IMG/VR virus record: IMGVR_UViG_3300035006_000011
Location: 2,208 to 66,207 of that record
DNA from: a virus
Strand: one strand, 5' to 3'
DNA length: 64,000 nt
In this document: positions 57,702 to 64,000 of the stretch, one piece after another
Layout: each line of letters starts with the position of its first letter
How positions within the stretch are numbered: position 1 is the first letter of the stretch
Program-made: the position numbers and the translations under genes
The notes under the pieces: generated by a model
The model's database searches: none
Seen by the model: the letters and a program-made list of their open reading frames with translations, nothing else
Told to the model about the DNA's origin: nothing

Positions 57702-57902
57702 ATGACTATATATATAAGGATTAAAGAAATGAGGGCATTATCAGGCATTACTCAGCAGGCGCTCGCCGATCGGTGCGGGATGAAGATAAACGCGATCCAG
57801 AAATACGAATACCAGCAAAATAAGAGCATCCCGTTTGATACGTTGGAAAAGTTATGCGTAGCCCTGGAATGCAGTCCAGGTGATTTACTGGAAATAAAAT
57901 AA
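57702..57902 (+). CDS. Cro/C1-type HTH repressor
   Basis: ITQQALADRCGM...SIPFDTLEKLCVALECSPGDLLE; divergent from leftward operon. Confidence 0.88.
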   Translation: MTIYIRIKEMRALSGITQQALADRCGMKINAIQKYEYQQNKSIPFDTLEKLCVALECSPGDLLEIK

Positions 57903-57950
57903 ATAGGGCATACACCATTCAAATCAGTAGTGTACGCCCTATATTGAAAA

Positions 57951-57976
57951 GACGGATAAATTGAATTCTATCCGTC
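57951..57976. terminator. GACGGATA-N10-TATCCGTC palindrome (copy 10)
   Basis: Convergent genes; T7 tract. Confidence 0.8.
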
Positions 57977-58003
57977 TTTTTTTATTTATTTGTGGTTGTG
58001 GTG

Positions 58004-58525
58004 CTAGCGTAGCAATGCTTGATGTTCTTGGCGGCATTCAACCACTAGTTGTACGTACTCGGAGTTAGTTAATCCGCCAAATAGAGTTGCTCGGTATGCT
58101 TGTACTGCTTCTCTTTTGATTTTGGCTTTGGCACCCGGCTCTATTTCAACTATTTGAATTGATTGGAAGGCGATCGCGCATTTGGTTTCAAGACTTTCTG
58201 CCATCAGGGCGGCGACTATAGCGTCGGCTTTGATGTTGTCAAAAGCCAACTGCCTACGCCAAAAAGCTTCTGCTATTTCGCGGGGAACAGCAACAATAAA
58301 GCCAGCCGATGCTGTTTCAGCAGCTACTTGACGTAATGTGAAACCTGCCTCCAGTAACAATTTACCGCGCTTTGTTCGTAAAAAAGACGTAATGTCAGAT
58401 TGCTTTTTCCCAACAACTTCCGCCGTTTGAGTTTGGCTGAAACAGTAGTTACCATCCGGTAATCTAAATGCCTCAACTGTGATATCAGCTATTTAAATTG
58501 TGGAGCGAATTGCTTTAAGATTCAT
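58004..58525 (-). pseudogene. Antirepressor-like gene with premature stop
   Basis: ATG 58525, in-frame TAA at codon 11, then IADITVEAFRLPDGNY, same family N-terminus as 24434 and 12926. Confidence 0.75.
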
Positions 58526-58624
58526 GAGTGCATTCCTGTTCACTAGGTTTGTACAAAATAATGGGCAGATGCTATCAACATTTGCCCATTTCAATTGTTG
58601 TATACGGATTTGCACAGAATTAAA

Positions 58625-60889
58625 TCACTGACACAAAGAATTGACGTCAACCACTTGGTTTGGTACTGATTCCTTAACTCTAAACACCGTAGCCAAAATC
58701 CGATCGCCCGACAGCCCATTAACAATCCCAGTCTTTACTCTTCCAAATTTCCCAACAGCAACATAGTAATTCTGGTTGCAATAGCGATATTCCCAGATCA
58801 AGCGATCGCCCTTCTTCCTTTGGTAAAGGTAGCCAGTATGAGCGTCGCCCATAGGACATTTTTGCGGCTCTATTTCAACTTCCATCGCAGGCTTGAAAGT
58901 GAATTCGATAGTTTCCCATGATGGTCCGTTTTCTGGATTGTCATGAAAGAGTTGAATCTTAGATGCTGGGAGAGAAATGCTTGGTTGACATGGAATCTTT
59001 TTGTCCCAGATGTAAGCAGCGATCGTGCAATTGTCAGTAGCCCATCGCTTGCCGTCTTTGTCCTTGCGAAACTTAAATCGAGGTAACGTAATTTTCCGTG
59101 TGTAGGAAAAGTCATACAACCAATCTCCTCTATCTTCGCAAGGTTCATCCCAAGTTGTGCGAAGCAGCATCACAATTCCGCGCTTGGCATGATTGTAAGC
59201 GTTAATCAATATCTGAGTTGCTTCTGCACCATATGGTGGGTTTGTAAATACCCAATCTGTTTTCGGAAAATTAGCCCAATTATCTGCGATCGTTGCATCT
59301 ACGTGATAATCAGCATGAACCTCAAAATTGATATCGTTAGTCCAAGTGTCGCACCCCATCAGATTTAAACTTTTGGCAAGAATACCGCCGCCAACACAGC
59401 ACTCTCCTACAGTTCCATGTAAATCAACATAGGGGGCGATGGCAGTTACAAACCAATGTGGGCTATCGTAACGGTCTAATTCATGGCGGGTAATACGAAC
59501 TGTTGGAGTTTCACCAGGGAGAAAAGCAAACCTTATAACCCACACCTCTTTAGATGAATCACCATCAAAATATTTATCAATAAATTCTTTAGTTGTCGAA
59601 ACCATGCCGCCCTCTGCTGACACATCGCTTATAGGCATATCAGATAATTTCTCTTTATATGGTAAACAAGCTAACTTGCACCAACCAATCTGTTTTCCCC
59701 CATATCTTTTATCCTTATCTAGTGCCGCAACGCGATCGCCTCTCTCGTAAGCTTTAATAAATTTTTGTGCGTGACTATCTTTCCAATCCCTTCGGGTTAC
59801 TGTCTTAGCTGGTAAATACTGAGCAGTCCATCCAAAACTAATTTGCAACCCGCAGGTCGATTCAACAGGTTCTGTTTGTTGGTGTTCCATTGTAGGTGTT
59901 TGCAATTGAATTAATTGAGCCATCAAACTTAAAAACAATTGAGATGCAAATAGCGGTGGAACGCTATAGCCAAGCATCTGCCCGGAAACTGACAAACAAG
60001 GATCTAGCTCATACCATTCTGGAAAACCTTGGAGTCGAGCGATCGCAGGAATCGTAACTTGTTTTACTGTCCCATCAGGCAACCAAATATCAGCAAACCT
60101 GTTTCGGTTATTTCCGTTTTGGTCGGTAAAGAAACTTCGGCGAATAGTATTTGCACAGCGATCTGAAGGCACGGCCCTAATCTCGCAAGTTCGGTGAATA
60201 AATAACGGGTTCTTACCCTTAGCTAAGGGTAACTGAGCTTTTACGAGGTTTGAGTCAGGCATCGAGGGAATTAGATCCGCGATCGCCTCATACCAACTGA
60301 TACGATCTTGTTTTGGTGGTAATTCAGGAAGAAAATCCTTGCAAGCCAAAACAACTATTCTTACCCTAGCTTGCGGTAACCCCCAATCTGCCATATTGCA
60401 AACAGCAATCGCAGTTTGGTATCCGTCAACGTCAAGTTGAGATTTGATTATTTCCCAACTCCGTGATTTTTGATAACGGGGGACTTGCTCTAAAGTGAAA
60501 ACTTTTGGTTGCAAAACAGTAATAGCCTTTGCAACTGCCTCCGCACAATCAATATCAACTTGAGTTTCTTCGCCGCCCGTTTTCGCTGGGCTAAAGTTGG
60601 AGCATACTGGAGATGCGTGTAAAAAATCAGGGGTACGCGGTATTCCTGGGAAATTCAATCTTGCTACATCTTGAACTGACCGACGAATTAGCTTGCAACC
60701 ATATTCTTTAAAATTGCGATCGTGCATATCAGCTAAACTTGCCGATAACTCCGGTTTAGTAGGGTCAAACTCTACCGCGCATACTGGGCGTATTCCAGCT
60801 TCAATCAAACCACATTCAACTCCGCCACCACCTGAAAATAAAGTAACAGCGACGGGTGCCTTTTTATCTATATCTAATCTAGGTTTCAT
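58625..60889 (-). CDS. Fusion: C5-cytosine MTase + ASCH-like domain + amino (N6A/N4C) MTase-like domain
   Basis: LFSGGGG, SPVC, LEQV, QARVR; KTVTRRDW; ECCVGGG and TNPPY. Confidence 0.85.
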   Translation of the reverse strand: MKPRLDIDKKAPVAVTLFSGGGGVECGLIEAGIRPVCAVEFDPTKPELSASLADMHDRNFKEYGCKLIRRSVQDVARLNFPGIPRTPDFLHASPVCSNFSPAKTGGEETQVDIDCAEAVAKAITVLQPKVFTLEQVPRYQKSRSWEIIKSQLDVDGYQTAIAVCNMADWGLPQARVRIVVLACKDFLPELPPKQDRISWYEAIADLIPSMPDSNLVKAQLPLAKGKNPLFIHRTCEIRAVPSDRCANTIRRSFFTDQNGNNRNRFADIWLPDGTVKQVTIPAIARLQGFPEWYELDPCLSVSGQMLGYSVPPLFASQLFLSLMAQLIQLQTPTMEHQQTEPVESTCGLQISFGWTAQYLPAKTVTRRDWKDSHAQKFIKAYERGDRVAALDKDKRYGGKQIGWCKLACLPYKEKLSDMPISDVSAEGGMVSTTKEFIDKYFDGDSSKEVWVIRFAFLPGETPTVRITRHELDRYDSPHWFVTAIAPYVDLHGTVGECCVGGGILAKSLNLMGCDTWTNDINFEVHADYHVDATIADNWANFPKTDWVFTNPPYGAEATQILINAYNHAKRGIVMLLRTTWDEPCEDRGDWLYDFSYTRKITLPRFKFRKDKDGKRWATDNCTIAAYIWDKKIPCQPSISLPASKIQLFHDNPENGPSWETIEFTFKPAMEVEIEPQKCPMGDAHTGYLYQRKKGDRLIWEYRYCNQNYYVAVGKFGRVKTGIVNGLSGDRILATVFRVKESVPNQVVDVNSLCQ

Positions 60890-60900
60890 ATTTTAAAAAG

Positions 60901-60919
60901 GACGGATAAGTTATCCGTC
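60901..60919. terminator. GACGGATA-N3-TATCCGTC palindrome (copy 11)
   Basis: Between 60928 gene stop and MTase start. Confidence 0.7.
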
Positions 60920-60927
60920 CTGTAGAA

Positions 60928-62367
60928 TTAAGCAGTAAGTGGCAAAGCGTTGGACAATACGGTAACTTCGGTCATGTGAACCGAAGTTCTTACGCCTTTT
61001 AAGGTTTGAACATCAAGCCACTCAGTTTCAACGTCATGGCGGATTACTATCATTGTTTCGCCGTCAACTTCAATTTCTGTGCCCGGAACAAGCTGGGCTT
61101 CAGGCTTTTTTGCGATCTCTTCCTCTACTGCCTCCTTTAAAGTCACTGGAACCCAGTCAAGATCCGAGCGATCGCCCGTTAGTTCGATATAGTCGAATAA
61201 TAGTTCGACGCATCGACCATTAGCAGAGAGCAACTGGCTTCGTTTTTCTTTCTGCACCTTTGTCGCTTTTGCGAGACTAAGCTCTTTGAATCCTTCTGCT
61301 TTGCAATCCACAAGCGATCGCACGTCTTGCCAGGTCAAAGTGTTCCAGCCATATGCCTTAGCGATTTTCGCTAAGAATTGTTCATATTTAAGGTCTGGTG
61401 CTTCTACAAGTGTTTCTGCGGGTGCCGATTCCTGATAACTGGAAATCCATCGTAGTTCACCCACATCGTAGCAAGTCTCTACTGTTTCACCATTCAAAAG
61501 TTGTCCAACAACTACTATATCGCCGCTAAATCTGATGACAGTTCCCAGCCCTCCGGTCGGAACAGAGACAATATCATCTATTTCCAAAACACGTAATGAT
61601 AATGAGGCGGATGACTTTACAGCCGATTTCGGTTCCTCGACTAATTCGACGGCTTCTGATGGCGGCATCGCATCGATATGTTCATCAATGGTTGAATAAG
61701 GGTTTGTGGTTTTATTTTTCAATTCCTGAACTTTGGCATCTCTGTCCGCACGAACCGCGAAAAAGTCTTGTTCAATTTGCTCTTTCTGTGCTTTTATGCC
61801 GTCGTACCGTTGTTGATAATTCTCGTTCTCTTTTCTAAGCTTGAGAACTTCTGCACTCAAGCTATCGTTTTCACGTATTTCTGACTTGAAAAAATCAAGT
61901 TTTTTGTTTAATTCCTGATAATCCAAAATCAATGACTTGTTCTCTGATCGCAAGGCTTCCACCTCGTCAATCTGCGAATTGTGCGCTTGGTTCGCTACTT
62001 CTGCTCGTAACGCATCCATTTCACGAGATCGTTCATCACTCGCCGCCACTTCTCTTTCTAATGCCCTTCGTACCCTGGCTAGTTCTGCTTTCGTTTCAGC
62101 AAACTCTAAATCACCATCAAGATTAATCGAAAATTCCTCGCCACTTGCAGCCTCATGCAATGCGATCGCCCAAGCTTTCAAACTATCAGCCGTCAATCCT
62201 TTGTCAAGCATTACAGCGCGATGTTCTGCTGTCTTTTCTACCAGCCAATTGGCTTCTTTCTGGCATTCTGTGTATGGCGCAACACTTGCTGTCAACTGTT
62301 GCAACTGTGCTGTCAATGCTTCAATCTGTTGCTGCATATTCGCCACTTCTGTAAATTGAAATTGCAT
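60928..62367 (-). CDS. Coiled-coil protein with C-terminal SH3/KOW-like segments
   Basis: Long heptad region; beta-rich GTVIRF and GETMIV segments. Confidence 0.65.
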   Translation of the reverse strand: MQFQFTEVANMQQQIEALTAQLQQLTASVAPYTECQKEANWLVEKTAEHRAVMLDKGLTADSLKAWAIALHEAASGEEFSINLDGDLEFAETKAELARVRRALEREVAASDERSREMDALRAEVANQAHNSQIDEVEALRSENKSLILDYQELNKKLDFFKSEIRENDSLSAEVLKLRKENENYQQRYDGIKAQKEQIEQDFFAVRADRDAKVQELKNKTTNPYSTIDEHIDAMPPSEAVELVEEPKSAVKSSASLSLRVLEIDDIVSVPTGGLGTVIRFSGDIVVVGQLLNGETVETCYDVGELRWISSYQESAPAETLVEAPDLKYEQFLAKIAKAYGWNTLTWQDVRSLVDCKAEGFKELSLAKATKVQKEKRSQLLSANGRCVELLFDYIELTGDRSDLDWVPVTLKEAVEEEIAKKPEAQLVPGTEIEVDGETMIVIRHDVETEWLDVQTLKGVRTSVHMTEVTVLSNALPLTA

Positions 62368-62618
62368 AATACTCGGTTCCTGTGTAATTGTGTCGTTGTT
62401 TTTTAGGAACCACCCAGCTAAATTAAAAGTAGTTTATTGTGCTGCCGTCTGGCATTGAGTTGCTGGGTGGTAGTTTTTCTATTGGGCGAGAACTTTTGCG
62501 TCCATAAACTCAACAATTGCATAAACGGCTTTCTTTCTTTGATTCAAGTCCAACTGCTGCCACGTATTTGCCTAACTGTGTCTATCTCATTTTTAGTTGG
62601 TTCAAATATCGACACAAA

Positions 62619-62819
62619 CTAGTCAATCAAATTCACCCCATCAGCGATCGCTAACTCTTTCGCCACCTTCGCCACACAATCCAAAAATCGCTGCGGCTGG
62701 GGGTGCTTGTCTGCAATCGACGCGATCGCCTTCATTTCCTCTGCAAACGGCATATAAGTCTTAGCTGCCGCTGTCTTCCAAATTCGCCCAAACGTTCCGC
62801 TTTCCGTTCTTACTTGCAT
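62619..62819 (-). CDS. Small hypothetical protein
   Basis: 66-aa ORF. Confidence 0.5.
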   Translation of the reverse strand: MQVRTESGTFGRIWKTAAAKTYMPFAEEMKAIASIADKHPQPQRFLDCVAKVAKELAIADGVNLID

Positions 62820-62881
62820 TTTTGTGCTATTTAATCAACAATGTCTATATATTGACACAACCGTTCAGAATGGTCAATAGG

Positions 62882-62900
62882 GACGGATAAATTATCCGTC
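62882..62900. terminator. GACGGATA-N3-TATCCGTC palindrome (copy 12)
   Basis: Abuts the Prim-Pol stop codon. Confidence 0.75.
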
Positions 62901-64000
62901 CTATTTAAGAAGAATTTTAATTTGGGTTCTTGCTTCCGGCTCCAAATGACCCCACACTTCAGTCTTGAAATGATGTTCCCAGGCTTCGGTTAGCGAGGTA
63001 ATCATGTCTCTTTTTTCCTGTGCGGTTTCGTCACCTGCAACAACCCATCGCAAAATGTCGGCGTTAGCAGCTGCAATAATCATTTCTTCTTCGTTGTGAA
63101 CAATCTTGGTTTCAGCAATCTTAATAGTGTCAGAAACGTAGTGAGGCAATTGCAATCCTGCGTCACCAGCAAGTTCACGAACAATCGCCACAAAATCCTT
63201 ACCTCTTGGCTTGCCGTTACCGCCTGATAGCTTGTGACGGTAAGCGATCGCTCCTCCGCCTTCTCCGGTTTGTTTGTCTTGCCACGCCCATTGTCCGTCT
63301 TTATCTTGCCAAACGTGAAAGCTGGTTCCCGACGCTGATTGTCTCCAAGGTGGGCAACCTTTTAGGGTTTTACCTACTTGCTTAAAGTTGTGACCAGTCC
63401 AATTGAAAATCTGGTTAGGCGACAGCCTGGGGTAAACGTCGAATAGTAAAAAATCTTTGAGGTTAGTCGATGCCGATAAACCCTTGGCAACTGTTTTTTT
63501 GTATTGCGTCCAATCAACGGCATTAGCAATAACAGGTGGCTCAACTGCGATTTTGTCAAGGAAATCAAGCAACCATTGTGAGGCGATCGCAACTTCAGTA
63601 AATAGTGGATCGTTTATCCACTTATAAGCCCCGGTTGTCGGATGTCGAGATGGGGGAATTACTGATTGGGCCTCATTATATCTAAACTCCAAGCCATCAA
63701 TATACTTGGTGATGGTTTTGCCGTTCTTCCCTACTTCGGTTGTTTTCGCACACTCCAGACCTTCCCACTGAGTTATAACCTTTCGCCTAAAATCCTTTAA
63801 ATTCTGGCGATGAGAATCTGGGATCTGAAAAAGCACTTGAAAACGTCCGGGTTTTCCCGAAGTCCAAGACACTGTTGTCTCATTCTTGTAGCCAATCCTG
63901 TAGAGAATTGGCAATGCGGTATCGCCGTCCACGTCAATTGCTAAGATCCCGTGACTATATTCGCCAGTTCGCAAACCGTAGCCACTTGCAAAATATTGAT
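62901..64000 (-). CDS. Bifunctional primase-polymerase (Prim-Pol), 5' truncated
   Basis: Open to window end; GYGLRTG, LAIDVDG, QSVIPPSRHPTTGAYKW. Confidence 0.88.
   Translation of the reverse strand, partial: QYFASGYGLRTGEYSHGILAIDVDGDTALPILYRIGYKNETTVSWTSGKPGRFQVLFQIPDSHRQNLKDFRRKVITQWEGLECAKTTEVGKNGKTITKYIDGLEFRYNEAQSVIPPSRHPTTGAYKWINDPLFTEVAIASQWLLDFLDKIAVEPPVIANAVDWTQYKKTVAKGLSASTNLKDFLLFDVYPRLSPNQIFNWTGHNFKQVGKTLKGCPPWRQSASGTSFHVWQDKDGQWAWQDKQTGEGGGAIAYRHKLSGGNGKPRGKDFVAIVRELAGDAGLQLPHYVSDTIKIAETKIVHNEEEMIIAAANADILRWVVAGDETAQEKRDMITSLTEAWEHHFKTEVWGHLEPEARTQIKILLK

Larger units (their letters stand above)
1..64000. mobile_element. Cyanobacterial contractile-tailed phage/prophage (partial)
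   Basis: Head, tail and baseplate gene set plus replication genes; very high HIP1 density; no host housekeeping genes. Confidence 0.93.

Noticed and set aside
46933-58495. Stop-codon reassignment (alternative genetic code)
   Set aside because: In-frame stops are both TGA and TAA and confined to a few accessory genes; long genes are open under code 11 and use all three stops normally
2206-63592. Many 60-130 aa track ORFs antisense to or nested in longer genes (e.g. 2206, 10086, 19735, 26937, 42689, 45687, 54824, 61937)
   Set aside because: Shadow frames of well-supported genes with no motifs or RBS
1-64000. CRISPR array
   Set aside because: No regularly spaced repeat-spacer series; the GACGGATA palindromes are kilobases apart and the 27653 element is single
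1-64000. Integrase, att sites or IS/RAYT transposase to explain the palindromes
   Set aside because: None recognisable in this window; they could lie outside it, so prophage versus phage-plasmid status is undetermined

Overview
A 64-kb piece of a cyanobacterial phage or prophage with a contractile tail. The host assignment rests on HIP1 (GCGATCGC), which occurs at roughly 2 per kb by eye. The window holds terminase, DUF1073-type portal, MuF minor head protein, DUF2213 protease/scaffold, major capsid, head completion, sheath, tube, tape measure, baseplate, a hub with muramidase and M23 domains, and several fibre-like genes. It also has an intein-containing SF2 helicase, a Prim-Pol, a fused methyltransferase, a GGDEF protein, HNH and GIY-YIG nucleases, and a membrane plus P-loop ATPase module. 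No integrase, reverse transcriptase, CRISPR array or complete tRNA is visible. The most striking unexplained structure has three parts. (i) About 13 self-contained antirepressor-like cassettes (KilA-N, Bro-N, AntA, Rha, P63C, RHH modules) interrupt the structural operons, with shared promoter types, structured leaders and often a C-terminal QLxLF-like motif. (ii) Twelve dispersed GACGGATA-N3-11-TATCCGTC palindromes sit at gene ends, several supplying the stop codon (K-D-G-stop). (iii) A recurrent intergenic TTGTGTCR motif lies 26-27 bp upstream of TACAAT boxes. All family assignments come from recognising motifs by eye, not from database searches.
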